From Elsinoe ampelina (Eukaryota): DNA of 64,000 nucleotides. Position 1 is the first letter of the stretch; every line of letters begins with the position of its first letter. The position numbers and the translations under genes were made by a program. Below, piece by piece: positions 12,356 through 24,961 of the stretch. The stretch is taken from the NCBI GenBank assembly GCA_010093995.1, contig ML992501.1, positions 1,987,320 to 2,051,319 on the forward strand. Direction: 5' to 3'. The notes under the pieces are model-generated. The model was not told the origin of the DNA. It worked only from the letters and a program-made list of their open reading frames with translations, and searched no databases.

Positions 12356-13750
12356 ATGGCTCCGGCAGCTGTCCAACCCTTTGGTGCTGCTGTGCAGCTG
12401 CCACTTCCATTACATTCCGACACATCCGCGTTTACCACATCTGCTCAATCAATACCTCTGCCCAGCGCCTCACCCAGCTCGATACCACACGCAGATAGCA
12501 GGTCATATCCTCCAAGGTGTCATGCCCGCCCTTCCGGCAGCCACACAGAAAGCACATGGAAGAGCAAAGCAGATCAGGCATGGGACACAGCCGACTCGAT
12601 ATGGCAAGCAATACGGGCAAAGGCAGAAGAAGTGCTCGCTTCCTATAGTGAAGACGCCGAGATTCTGGATCAAGACACCATCCCTGACTACGTCTTCAAA
12701 CACGCCCCTTACGTGCATCTGTACTCCGGCGAGCAATTCTGGCCATGCAGTCTCGACTCGCACCTCTTCCACACGACCCCCCACCTCAACTACACCCCCA
12801 TCACCACCGCCTCCAACCTCACCGTAGGCAACCTCTCCTCCCTCAACACCTACGGCTTCTACACCTACCTCCAATCCGACGACAACGTCGAATCCCGCCC
12901 CACCTGGCTCGCCGGCACCCAAAATATCCCTTCCGACCCGGACTCCTCCTCCCCATCCCCCAACACCACCTCGCCCGGCGGCCACTCCTCCGCCCCCGCC
13001 ATCCTCCTCACGATCCGCAAACCAAACAACATCCTCGACGCCTTCTGGTTCTACTTCTACTCCTACAACCTCGGCAACAAAGTCGGGCTACGCTTCGGCA
13101 ACCACGTCGGCGACTGGGAACACACCCTCGTGCGTTTCCGCCACGGCCGTCCCGTCCACGTCTTCCTCTCCGAGCACAATTTCGGCGAAGCCTACGCCTG
13201 GTCTGCGCTGGAGAAAATCGGTTCCCGCCCCGTCACGTTCTCCGCCACCGGCTCCCACGCCATGTACGCCACCCCTGGGTCCCACCCTTACGTCCTCCCG
13301 TGGGGCCTCCTGCACGACCAGACCGACCGTGGTCCCCTCTGGGATCCGTCGCAGAATGTATACGCCTACACTTTCGACCTGAACACGCGGCGGCTTCGCG
13401 CCTCGACGAGGACCCCGGATGCGCCGACGGATTGGTTCTACTACCGCGGCCACTGGGGGGATAGGGCGTATCCCATGAGCGATGAGAGGCAGTATGAGTT
13501 TGCTGGCCAGTATCATTACGTGAGTGGGCCGTTGGGGCCGATTTATAAGAACTTGGGGAGGGGGGAGGTCTGTCAGGGGAGGGGCAGGTGTCGGATAAAG
13601 TATTGGTTGCCGCCGGCGGGGGAGGTGGGGGTTTGGGATGGGGAGGAGGGGGAGGGGCCGGAGGATGGGTGGCCGGAGAGTGGGAAGGATGAGGGGTTGA
13701 TGGGGAAGGATGGTGATGTGGTGATCGAGAGGTTTGAGGATGGGGTTTGA
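12356..13750 (+). CDS. VPS62: Vps62-family protein
   Basis: IPDYVFKHAPYVHLYSGEQFWP, DAFWFYFYSYNLG, FGNHVGDWEH, SATGSHAMY, TDRGPLWDP, GHWGD and GPLGP motifs. Confidence 0.9.
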   Translation: MAPAAVQPFGAAVQLPLPLHSDTSAFTTSAQSIPLPSASPSSIPHADSRSYPPRCHARPSGSHTESTWKSKADQAWDTADSIWQAIRAKAEEVLASYSEDAEILDQDTIPDYVFKHAPYVHLYSGEQFWPCSLDSHLFHTTPHLNYTPITTASNLTVGNLSSLNTYGFYTYLQSDDNVESRPTWLAGTQNIPSDPDSSSPSPNTTSPGGHSSAPAILLTIRKPNNILDAFWFYFYSYNLGNKVGLRFGNHVGDWEHTLVRFRHGRPVHVFLSEHNFGEAYAWSALEKIGSRPVTFSATGSHAMYATPGSHPYVLPWGLLHDQTDRGPLWDPSQNVYAYTFDLNTRRLRASTRTPDAPTDWFYYRGHWGDRAYPMSDERQYEFAGQYHYVSGPLGPIYKNLGRGEVCQGRGRCRIKYWLPPAGEVGVWDGEEGEGPEDGWPESGKDEGLMGKDGDVVIERFEDGV

Positions 13751-14474
13751 GATGGAATGGGTGCATGGATGGGCTTGAAGGAGTTTGGCGTGGAATTTGG
13801 TAGTTGGATGTTTGCGGGGAATCATTCGATGATGGATGACTAGATACCTGGTATAGATGATGGATGAATTCATGTTCTGATCTACATCCTTGTTCTCATA
13901 AATCTGATATTAGGGGTAGATCTCCATATCATCCACTGTAATACACGAGGTACACGAGCAATGCTAGGTGTCATGCCGGATGCCGGACAGAGGTGCTGGA
14001 CCAAGATGATCCGAATATATTCCACTGCCACTCAAGCATCCGACCAAGCCGTCTCAAACGACGCAGTCGACGCCGGACTCGCGGGCTGACTCCCTCGCCC
14101 AGCATCAAGGGCAGCCGTATGCGATCCCCAAGCCACTTTCGGGGCGACCTTGCACACCAACGACTGCAGACGATGGATCTCATTCTCGACTGTGTCCAAC
14201 ATGCTATCCTGGGCGGACGCCAGCTCATTCCGAAGGTAGTAACCCCCCCTCGACTCTGAAGCCGTACCATCCCCGCTTTGCCGCAAGACTTTCCGAAGCA
14301 GGCTGAGGAATGATCGGACTGATGACGGAGGCGGACCCAATACATCGTTGGCGGCTTGCTTTGTCTCGAAGCCATGCTCGTGAACTCTGCTGAAGTTATG
14401 TTGTAACCAGCCCAGTACTGACGACGAGGTCACCAAGAAAGATCGGAGTCTCGTGGTGACTACTTCTAAGTGTG

Positions 14475-16095
14475 CTAAGTATACTCTTCTATGAGCTCTG
14501 TAGTAATAAATGGATCCTGTAATAGCTCCTTTGCAGTAGCTCGCTCCTCTGGTAACCACCTAAGAGTCCGCCGGGCGAAGTCAAGTAGAAGACGTTTAGC
14601 CTGTAGAGATTTAAGGCGAACCTCGCGAGCTTCAAGTGACTGCGTCTGGATTGGTGTCGATGCTTTCCAGCGACCTAGGTTGGTTCTTAGTACTGTTAGA
14701 ATTAAAGGAGTATGGAATGTTTCTTACAGTCTCTGTCCCAGTACTCATCGCACTTTGGGCTTCGCTCCATAAGTTCGTGTGGAGGAGGGCCGAGCAATCC
14801 AACCATCTCAGCGAGATGAATCTCATCGTCTATTATAGGCATATCTCCCATCCCGTGAAACAATCTCTTTCCCTCGAAAAGGTTCCATATCTGTCTCGGT
14901 TAGAGAAAGTCGTCCACTTGCCCGTGGACTGTCTCTTACAATAAGTCCAACGGTCCAGATGTCAATTGGTGGCCCCCAGCCCGCACCAAGTATGACTTCT
15001 GGTGCACGGTTTACGTCGGGCATGACATCGTTGCCTGTATGGAAAGGTCCGATGCGAGCTTGTCCGAGATCGTTGAGTATAGGTATGCCTCGAGTGATAG
15101 GCATATTGCATGAGCCATATACGATGCGGTCCGGTAAGTATTTCCGCGGTGAGGGATAGTCCCGTTCGGAAACTTCTAGATCGGCGAAGACGTCTTGACT
15201 CTCAACACCCATCAAGATCTTGTTTGGTGAGAGATCTAATGCAAAGCTTAGCGAAAACCTCATCTGCTCTACTTATAGTGCTTACCGCCATGGGTGACTT
15301 GAGCCTGATGTAGAAAATCCAGCGCCGTAAGGAGTGCCTTCAGGGTCTGTTGGAGGAGCGTTAAAGTAGGGAATACCCGCGAGGGTTGCTCATTACGGAA
15401 GTCTGTGTAGCGCTTCCCCGCAGGTTCAAAGACCAGGCAGTCGTGGACCTGGCCAGTATTCCTTAGCTGGAAGTGCTGTTTGACCGTTCGTATCATGTTT
15501 TTCCCCGGATGATCCCATGTGATTCCATCGAGGTACTTAGAGGTGGCAATCTCGCGCCGTATTGACCGTCCTGCCCAATTCGATGTGTAAACCTTGAGTG
15601 CAACATACCTGGACTCACTGATCCCGTCAATTAGTTGGCAACATGAGCATCATGGAGGTCATTAACTTACAAAATGTCGCGACAGAGCCATACCGTAGAC
15701 TGAGAGCCAAAACCCAGCTTCGCAACAACGCGATACCTCGAGTTGTAGGTCTCACCGATCTGGACAGGGTAGAGGAGGTCGAAGTCAGTGCACATCTCTT
15801 CCTCGAATGTCACGTCAAGGTGAATATCCCACGGAAAGTAAGGCGTGCTACTCGCTTTGCGGTGCGGCACTATGCCGCGGGTTGCTTCCAAACCCAACGA
15901 CGAATGTTGTCGATGCAGGGCCGAATTAGAGTAACGAATGCTGCAAAGGTCGCGCCGCTGGCGTATTGGTCCACGGAACAATGCCAGACCCTGTGATGTA
16001 CCACTTTGATACAAAGCCAGACAGGGTTTGTGGCTCTGCAGTGTCGTTGTTAGAGGTACAGAAATGTCTAGTGCAGCGAGACACCGTTGCGGCAT
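14475..16095 (-). CDS. Fungal SRPK-like (CMGC) protein kinase, divergent catalytic loop; start codon uncertain
   Basis: Exons give RYRVVAKLGFGSQSTVWLCRD, YVALKV, HDCLVFEP, HGDLSPNKIL, DLGQA, RAPEVILG..W...IDIWTVG and LRWLPEERATAKELLQDPF. Stop TAG at 14475. Confidence 0.8.
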
Positions 16096-17047
16096 CAGGG
16101 TGTTGCGGCACCAAAGAGCACGCCAGCTCCTGATGCAGTTCTGCATTCTTGTCGCTCGGAATGTGACAGGGATCTTAACGTGTCGCAGATGAAGGAAGCT
16201 ATGCTAGTGTATCAGTTTTATATGGATTTGGTGCAGTGCTGTTGAAAAAGTGTATATTGTTCTTTTTCTCGAGCAAAAGATACGTATTCTCTGTCTTGTC
16301 TCCACTCGCATGAAGTTTGCGTCCTTTTTCCGCAATCTGAAATGTGTGGTTAGTTGTGACAGCTATCACAACACAAGCAGATGACTTGGATATCTGGCAG
16401 TTAGAGATAGAGCTGATGACTACCAGAACTATCTGTTATAGTGATTTCGGGCCAATAGGGTCCTTTTCCCACGGAGTTGTAGGTATGGTAAATTTGAATT
16501 CACATACTGCGAAGTCTCGGTACCCCGCTAACACGGTGATTTGTCATCTGCCAAGGCTTCAACCATTGATGACTTTGTTCTCGCTCTGCGCGTCGCATGT
16601 CCTGTATACGTTCACCGTGTCAAAATGCGCGTTTCGCCTGTCCTGCGCGCAATTCGGTTCTTGCCTGTAGGCGATATAGATAAATTGAATCCTGTATATA
16701 GAAGCACGGTCTTGCAGGCCACTGCGTCTCTCGAGAAGAGGGTAAGTATGGTCACCATATCATTCAACACGGATGCTAATGATCAATACAGTTTCCCCGG
16801 CTTACCACTGCCCTCATCAAGTACGTGATCCTACGACATCAGGTTTCTGGTAGTTAATGTTTGCAGGGGCATTTTGGAGCACCACACTCATCGAGACAAG
16901 AGGCCGAGTCGACAGCTTCAAAAGTGCATCACGGTCAGCTACCACGTTGGCGACTCTGCTCCTGACAGCAGCAATCGACGTTTGTCGATACACGCATTCC
17001 CAGATTTTTAGGATGAATATTCTTTGTTCCTCGCAAGCGAATTTAAA

Positions 17048-18352
17048 ATGGTGACACCTTTCGAGGAAGATGAGTGGGAATACGAGCTCGACTATGAGAA
17101 TACCGAGGTCTTTATACACGATGCGTCGTCCGACTACCCGAGCTGATGATCCCAGGTTGTCTATGTCACTGTTGACTTCTCAACTCACGCGCCTCCTGGT
17201 CTTTCTTCAAAGAGAACGGCCGAGAGTCTCCACATCAGTGATACCCGTAAATCTCAATCAATGAACGCCAGAAAGCCTCGAAAGCGGAAACGGCAGCCAA
17301 ACGATGCACAGGATGCAGAGTCCGTGGATGCACCAACGCCCGAATCTTCAACTGCGACTCCGCTCTCCAATTCACGCAACGTGACTCCCGCAGAACTCGC
17401 TCCACCTCCAGACGCAACCGCTGTCCCCAGCACCACAACTCCAGCCAAACAACCCGAACCAGACCCTACCCCGCCCAGGCCCAAAACCATCCAGATCCTC
17501 GACCTCGACACGAAAAACCCCCTGATCACCTACGACTCCCAATTCTACACCTGCCACTGGGCCACCGACCTCGGCACCTCCCTCTACCTCTCCCCACCAC
17601 CGACAGAGGCCCTCTCCCACGCCCCTCTCCGCTCCTTCCCCACCTTCGACATCCTCGCCAAAACCCGCACCCGCCTCGTCGCTGCCCCCGCCAGTCTCAA
17701 GCCCGCTCTGCCCGCTCCCGAGCTCTCAAATCCCCAGGGGTTCAATCCCTTCCACGACCCCTCCGACCCGGACAGCAGGGACTTCGCCATCGACACAACT
17801 GAAGGAGATAAGATCTTCCTGTCCAATAAGGGGGAGATCAAGATCCATACGCCTGCTGACGCATCGGACGCGAAGAAGGCGCAGGCGAGGTTTCTCGAGA
17901 GATGGGGGGAGTTGAAGGCGAAGAAGGGGTGGGGTGATCCCATTCCTATCAAGGCGATGAGGTCGTATCGTGTGCCTGAGGGGTGGGAGGAGGAGAGGAA
18001 GAGGTGGTTGGAGCTGGAGAAGGGGCAGAAGGGGGAAGGTGCGGAGAGGGGGAAGTCGAGGCGACGGCAGGGGGACAAGTTCCTGGGAGATGTAGAGGAG
18101 GTGGAAGCTGACGGGGTTGAAAGTGAGGAAGCGCAGAGGGAGGAGCAGCTGATCGTGGTGCCGGACGATGCTGTGGGTGAAGATGATGAGGACGACGATG
18201 ACGATGACGATGACGAGAATGATGAGGACATGGAGGTAGAAGGGCAAGCAGGGGGTGAGGAGGCAGTGCAGCCCGCCAATGTTCACTCACATCATGGGGC
18301 AAGTTACGAGGCCTCGCAAGCAGTTCCAGGGTCAGGAGTCTTGCGTTTCTAA
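17048..18352 (+). CDS. TFIIIC subunit (triple-barrel / TFIIIC_sub6-like domain)
   Basis: First exon MVTPFEEDEWEYELDYENTE, intron 17108-17155, then VVYVTVDFS...IQILDLDTKNPLITYDSQFYTCHWATDLGTSL. Acidic tail. Confidence 0.8.
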
Positions 18353-18613
18353 AGCATTTCTTTCGACGGCGTTACTGAAGCAAGATACCCAGACACAATC
18401 AATCCATCGATTTTCCTCTCCTTGCTCACTTTTCACGTCACCGACCTGGTAGTTTCTCAATGCAATATACTACCAGCTTGTCGCAGTAGACGGCTGTTTA
18501 TTTCATCTCGAAATATCCTCAGGCCGATCGCCGTCATAAAAACTACCACAACATCCCGGCCTGGTAGTTTGAGCAGCAATTATACTACCACTCCTTCCTA
18601 TGCTATTCTCGAC

Positions 18614-20368
18614 TCACTTCCCCCCCGGATACCACACCCCCACCATCGCCTCCCACCCCCTCCCCTCCAGCTCCCTATCCCTCCCCAAACTCGCCTCCTC
18701 ATTCTTCCCTACCCACTCCTCCAGCCTCTCCCTAAGCCTCTCGTCCCCGACCGCCAAACACCTCGCCGCCAGCAAGGCCGCGTTCACGCTCCGGTTCACC
18801 CCCACCGTCGCCACGGGCACCCCGTTCGGCATGTTAGTCATGCTCACCAGAGAATCATACCCATCCCCAATCGTCGGCTTGATCGGCACCCCGATAACAG
18901 GGAGAGTGGTGTGCGACGCTGCCATTCCAGGGAGGTGGGCCGCACCACCGGCTGCTGCGATGATGATGTCCACGCTGGGATGAGTGGTGGGGAGGGTGGA
19001 GACGAAGGAGGACATGTGGTTCGGGGTGCGGTGGGCGGAGGTGATGCGTGCCACGTGTGGGATCTGGAGGGTTTTGAGAAGCTCGAGGCCGGGGACGAGG
19101 ACGGGGAGGTCGGAGTGGGAGCCCATGATCACGGCGACTCGAGGGACGACGCGCGGGGCGGAGGCTGTGGCGTCGCTGGGGGCGGTAGACGGGGAGGGGG
19201 AGGGGAGGTTGAGGCGGGCGGCGCGTTGAGCGTCGACGGCGGAGATGAGAGGGGCGATGAGGCTTTGCGCCTGGGAGATCGTGGGGGCTGTGATGGTGAT
19301 GTGCCCCATTTTGCGGCCGGGCCGGGCATCGCCTTTGTCGTAGAGGTGGACTTCGGCGTTGTCGACGGCGAGGGCTTTCTCGGCGATTTCCAGGTGGGAC
19401 TTGGGGTCTGCTCCGCCGAGGATATTGAGCATGATGGAGGGTTGGCGGAGTTCGAGAGAAGCTTGGGTGATGGGGAGATCGCAGATGGCCCGGAGATGGG
19501 CGGAGTACTGTGAGGTTGGGCATGCTTCTATCGTGTAGTGTCCGGAGTTATGAGGGCGAGGTGCGATCTCGTTGATGAGTAGCGAGTCGTCTTGTAGCAG
19601 GAACATCTCTACTCCGAAGACACCTTTGCCGTCGAAGCAGGCCACTGCTTGTTTGGCGAGCTCGCGGGCAGCATTCCTGATCTTGGTTGAGACACCTCGT
19701 GCGGGAGCATACACAAGCTTGCAGATGCTGTCCTCGTGTACAGTCTCCACGACCGGGTACGCAAGCACGCCGTCTTTCGTCTTGACTACCATGACAGCCA
19801 ATTCGATCTTGAACTCTGCCCACTTTTCTGCGTATAGTGGTCGTTTGCCGAGTGCTTGCAGAGCCGATTCAAAATCCTTTTCCGACTTCACCGGAAAGTT
19901 GCCCCTGCCGTCGTATGCATCCGTTCGTGATTTGAGCATGAAAGGAAAGCCGAGATCCTTGCCAGCGTCTTGCAGGCCTTGAACATCGTTGGTCTTGATT
20001 GGGATACTCTTGGCTGTAGCGACACTGTTCTTGATCAAGTGTTCCTTCTGAGCATATTTATCCTGGATAGTCCTTATGGTCCGCCAGCTTGGTTGAACAT
20101 CGACCTTGTCCGATATTTCTTCGAGGACATGAGTATCGACATGCTCAATCTCGACCGTGACCACATCGCAAGTCTCAGCGAGCTTTTGTATCGATTCGCG
20201 TTCCTTGAATGAACCATCAATGTGCTTGCTGTGATGGGAAATCTTTTTGGCGGGCGCATGGCCCACATCGAGTACATTGACCTGTATATTTAGTCGATTT
20301 GCCGACTCGATCAGCATGCGACCAAGCTGGCCGCCACCGAGAACACCGACCACCTTGTCGTGTATCAT
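18614..20368 (-). CDS. ADE2: Phosphoribosylaminoimidazole carboxylase (PurK-PurE fusion)
   Basis: VGVLGGGQLGRM, AYDGRGN, NEIAPRPHNSGH, RKMGH, SAHRTP and AGGAAHLPGM motifs. Start taken at MIHDK. Confidence 0.97.
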   Translation of the reverse strand: MIHDKVVGVLGGGQLGRMLIESANRLNIQVNVLDVGHAPAKKISHHSKHIDGSFKERESIQKLAETCDVVTVEIEHVDTHVLEEISDKVDVQPSWRTIRTIQDKYAQKEHLIKNSVATAKSIPIKTNDVQGLQDAGKDLGFPFMLKSRTDAYDGRGNFPVKSEKDFESALQALGKRPLYAEKWAEFKIELAVMVVKTKDGVLAYPVVETVHEDSICKLVYAPARGVSTKIRNAARELAKQAVACFDGKGVFGVEMFLLQDDSLLINEIAPRPHNSGHYTIEACPTSQYSAHLRAICDLPITQASLELRQPSIMLNILGGADPKSHLEIAEKALAVDNAEVHLYDKGDARPGRKMGHITITAPTISQAQSLIAPLISAVDAQRAARLNLPSPSPSTAPSDATASAPRVVPRVAVIMGSHSDLPVLVPGLELLKTLQIPHVARITSAHRTPNHMSSFVSTLPTTHPSVDIIIAAAGGAAHLPGMAASHTTLPVIGVPIKPTIGDGYDSLVSMTNMPNGVPVATVGVNRSVNAALLAARCLAVGDERLRERLEEWVGKNEEASLGRDRELEGRGWEAMVGVWYPGGK

Positions 20369-20931
20369 TTTTGCGAGACAGGTCTCGGAGGCACGCAGCG
20401 TTGTGGTTGATGGCAAAGTCAGGGTGGGGCATACCGAGGATTTTATATGGGCTGTGACCGAGTCACACTTCAGAAAGGCAAAAATTGTCAGACTGCTCCA
20501 GCATCTGGTAGGAATGTTAGTGCAAATACTACCAGGGTTGACTAGCAAGTCTAAAAGTCTGCCATGTGTGCTCAAATGCTAGGTTCTGGTAGTAATTCCA
20601 CCACTAGAGCTGATGACTGACAACCCAGAAATCTCGGGAAAAACTTTGTTGGAAAAGCACAATGACTTTCATACACGCAGTAGCCAAGGCACCGACACAG
20701 AAGAATAAAGTCATACAGAGGCAGACATGGGCGGTACTTCCTGACTGACTGACTGTCCGCCAGACACACCACAATCTGTACAAGCACCAGTCCTCCTCGG
20801 TTTGATGTTGGTATTCTCGTTCATTTTGACGTCTTCCGTATGAAAGCACTATGGACGCCGTAAAGTTTGCTGCAAATGCCAGCCAGGATGCCCGCTGTTC
20901 ACCATCCTCTATCATGCCCTCGTCCAGCCGC

Positions 20932-21691
20932 TTACACCTTGAAACCCTTTGATCGTCTGCGACCACGACCCTTCTCGAACTTCCTGCCCTTGCTCTCAAT
21001 GTATGGCTTCTGTTATTCGTGTTAGTGATGCTCCTCCAATCATCGTCGCTCTTGCTGACCTTGTGCTTGTGGGGACCGAAACCGAAGTGCTTGACGGCCT
21101 CGCGGGCATTCTTTGGTCCGCGGAGGAGAAGAGTGTTGGCGCCAGTTGGCGAACGGGTGGCGAGCTGATCGAGAGTCAAAGTCTCACCGCCAGCCTTGAT
21201 GATCCTTGCGCGAGCAGTCGCAGTGAAGCGCAGCGCGGCGATGGAGAGCTTGGGAACTTCCAAAAGGCGGTTGTCGTCTGTGACAGTCCCGATAATCACG
21301 ATCGTCTTTCCCTCGTGTGCCTTTGAGCTGTGCTTGTTCGCGGCAGTCGCAATGATCTTGGAGATGGAGATAGGAGGGCGGTTGATCTTGCTCATCATCA
21401 ATCGGCGCAGGACGACCTGGTTGAACTTGGCATCGGTGCGGCGTGCGAGGAACCTGTAGAGCTTGACGAGGAGGGCGAGATACGGGTTTTCCGACTTTGG
21501 GGCCTTGCGGTGCCCGCTGCGGACGTGATGGTGATCTGTGAAACGTCCAGTCAGTATTTGTGCTGACCGAAACTTTTTGCATCCTCCATCCAGCTCTTGC
21601 TTCCCTCGCTGTTGTCGATTGAGATGCTTCGAACGTCGCGCAAAAGAGTCCGAAGCGTGCAATTGGTGTACGTACCAAGATCGATACCCAT
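20932..21691 (-). CDS. RPL18: 60S ribosomal protein L18 (eL18), 3 exons
   Basis: Exons 21691-21676 (MGIDL), 21535-21060 and 21009-20932 ([25 protein letters not shown]). Core [18 protein letters not shown]...SKINRPP. Confidence 0.97.
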
Positions 21692-22183
21692 CTTGCCGGT
21701 TGTGCTGTGGAAAGTTGGTGGTTAGTGGTGGTAAGCTGTGCGGTGATGTTGGACGAGATGGAAATTGCAGCGTGGTGGGTTTGCCAAGCATTCGAAAAAT
21801 CGGCAGATCATCGGCGTGATTTTTAGAGTTCTCCCAGCACACTTCGCTTGAACAAATTCTGGATCACCGTACGACACTTCACCATTAATTCTACGGTAGG
21901 CAGCGTGGCAGGTCAAATTTCCTGGATATCGGCTTTGAATTTCGCGATTCTGATCGCGCCTATCTTTCCTATGCAACTGAGCTCTTCCTGTGGAGGGCAA
22001 CAATTCTTCCTGATATGTTCGTACGATGAGCACGATAGCAATTCCATCCGAGCTATCTTATTCGACCTTTCCCTATGTCTTGGTTCATACGCCACGCTGA
22101 AGCCTTGAAAATGCCATGTCGCCGGTGCGCCGCGTCGAAAAGTGTTCGTGTCGCCGAGAGAGTAGTCTCGTCTTCGGCCTGTC

Positions 22184-23822
22184 TCATTTCTTGCCAGAGA
22201 CTAGATCACGTGTGACCTCAAAGGCAAGCCAGTTGGCTGCCATGCTTGGGGCAACTTTGAGGAGATTGGGTGCGATGCCCTTGTAGAGCCCACGGAGACC
22301 CTCTTGAGTTACTATGACTCTGATCGCATCAAACATGGACTTGTACTGGTAGCCCATGCCGGACATCGTGTTGATCTGGAAGCGACGACGAAGCACATCG
22401 CTGAAGATGGGTTAGTGTAGCCTTGCGTCGAGTCGAACGTGACTTACAAGGGGTACGTGCAGGTCTGCGCCACAGCTCCAGACACGGCACCAGCACCAAG
22501 CTTGCCAAAGTTGGACGGGTCCTTCTGTCCCTTTGGCGTGAAGTAGCGGCGGACTGAGTCGTAGACCATGAAGTTGAGGCCGACCTTTGATTTCGTCAGC
22601 GTCAATTTTATGTGCGGTGAGGAGAACATACGTATGGTGCCACTCCAGCGACAGTCGGTATGATGCCGCGGTAGAGCGCAGGGAGACCGCCTTCGGTCTT
22701 GTACATGGTCTTGAGAAGAGGATACATCCCTGGCAGCTTCTCACCGACCTTGGCTTTTGAAAGTCCTTCGAATGATGCGGACTGGATGGAGAGACGGGTG
22801 CGGACGATGTCGAGAGGATACGTGAAGGTCACAGAAGTGATACCCGCGAGAGCACCGCACGCGAGGCGTTGCACAGCCTCCAGTGGGACGTCCGGAGAAG
22901 TTTCGAGGAACTGCAATTTCAGTAAACGTTCAAGGAGCTTGAACGATAACACTTACGCCCTTGTATACACTGTAGGAGCTAGTAGGTGGAGTTAGTGATT
23001 GTCGATTGGGAGTCGCGGTAAAATCAGACTTACGCGAACTGAATTGCCGAGTATGGCACAATGCGCTGCTTATGTCAGTCTCTTTTCGATTCTCATCTCA
23101 CCATTATTCATGTCCATGAATACCAAATCCCCGCAGATCTGGCATCTTGATCTTCTGTCTATGTCGCAAAGACCATCTTCGTCATTAATCTTGTCGTTCG
23201 TGCAATCATTCCGTTCTCCAGTGCTGGTAAAAGTATCCTTGTCCATGAAGGTCCAGGGGGGGTTCCATGAGATAAAGTCGGGGTCAAAGAGGGGCGGTGT
23301 TATCGGTGGCGGCGGCAGCGGCGGCGGCACAGACATAATACAGGAAGACATAGTGAATATACTTACAATGCAATTGCTTCCATTGCCCTTCATGAACCCG
23401 GCGAATCCTTCCTCGCGCCAGATCTTGGCCAACGCTTGAGACAGGTCAGCTTGTGAAGACTCTTCGCGCAGATGGAATGCATACCCTTGTATATCGGCAT
23501 CTTGTACTCATTGCGTCCCACGCTTTGAACCTGATATAGGATCTTCAGACGCTCTGTCAAGACCATGTGAGATTTTGTAACCCTCTCTTCATTTGGACCA
23601 CATACCTAACGGAGAGACGACAGTACGTGAGACAGCCCCAGCAACACCTCCAGCGACGAATGACGCCACCACTGGCTGCTTGAAGAACTCCCTCACGGCG
23701 TCCCATGTATCAGGTGGTGGTGGTGATGCTCCTCCGATCAGCATGGTGGGAGCATTGGCTGAACTCTTGAGCGGGTTGAGGGGAGGCGGTTTATGGGGGT
23801 CTTCGACTTTGTCGCGATTCAT
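22184..23822 (-). CDS. Mitochondrial carrier family protein (intron-rich, with micro-exons)
   Basis: Three carrier repeats (AGGVAGAVSRTVVSPLER, TYPLDIVRTRL, TYPLDVLRRRFQ) plus EGLRGLYKG. Micro-exons at 23034-23065 and 22957-22978. Confidence 0.92.
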
Positions 23823-24961
23823 GTTGGACTCGAGAAGGGGTTGTCGAATTGGAGAATCGGCTAGATCACCTTAATTGGCTTCGTTGCCGGTAGCCAAATG
23901 GCGGTTTGTGAAGTTGAGGTTTGGAAAGCATAGGTGAAGTTCGGAGCTATATTGCGATGCGTTGTTAGGTGCGCTGCGTCATAAGATGCGCTGTCGTGTC
24001 ATGCGACCATTTCGAGGTCGAATACTGGCATGTGAAGAGTTGAATGGCAGCAGAATGGATGTCGACAAGTTCATCAGATGCCAAGAAAACCTTGCGGGAC
24101 GGCCGTGAAGCTTTCGTTTGCCGCAAATCAGCGAATCACAATGCTGCAATTGACCCGCGAAATATGCTCTGCAGGAATTTTACAAATTCGTGTTTCGTGC
24201 ACAGAAGTAAATCATCACGTCCTCAGAAATACTGACAGTGACTTCCAATGATCTCACAGCGAGCAGAGTATCTAAGAGCTCTGATTTCTGGTCGTCGGTA
24301 TCTGAACCGATAGCACGGGACAGGGACGCGGTTTGACCCGATTGGAATGCCGCAGCGGATTTCTTCCGCCCCTCTGTGACCGCCTCTGCCTTCCTCCAAC
24401 ACCGCCAGCCACGTTGTCATCTCGTAAGCGGCGCATGTTGTAGGTACACAGTGCTTCCCAGTCGCAAGCTCATCTTATGTTACTGCGATGTCTCTCCAGG
24501 CGGTTGCACAGCACCTCGCTGAGTCTCTGTAGGTGGACAGTCCGAGCGTGGCTTGCATTCCATTGACCAGACAGCGACCACATGAACGACAGGTGACATC
24601 TAGCTGCAGCTCCATGCTGCAAACCTTCAGTACCACGACAAGTCGACGTACGGAGTAGAACAACCAATGACCGCTACATCAGTACTCCTTCGATGAATAA
24701 TAGTCTCCTGTCCATCAAGCTAACAAGACATGGCTTGGCTGCCGGTGCCGGATCCCGTTGGAGATCATTTTATACTTCATCGACCCGCTCCCCACACCTT
24801 CCCCGATTCTGTCACCGTCGTCAATATTTTGCATTTCTACAGGGCGTGAGCGAGGCTGCATCGTACGACAGGGCATGTGGTTTGAGAAGCCATGATCAAA
24901 TAAGATCTCCTTAACCCCCGAATCTTCATATCAATTGCTCGCTTGGGCTTCAGCAACCTTC

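Noticed and set aside
18422..19513. 363-aa + strand ORF and similar antisense ORFs over VPS62, fmdS, the HTH gene and the monooxygenase
   Set aside because: Shadow ORFs opposite well-supported GC-rich genes, with no recognisable motifs.
21536..21675. Short stem (gcttcgga/ttcgaagc) in RPL18 intron 1 as an autoregulatory RNA element
   Set aside because: Only about 8 bp including a G-U pair. Indistinguishable from chance without comparative data.
20604..21842. 412-aa extended RPL18 ORF
   Set aside because: Read-through of introns and UTR. The spliced three-exon model gives a normal eL18.
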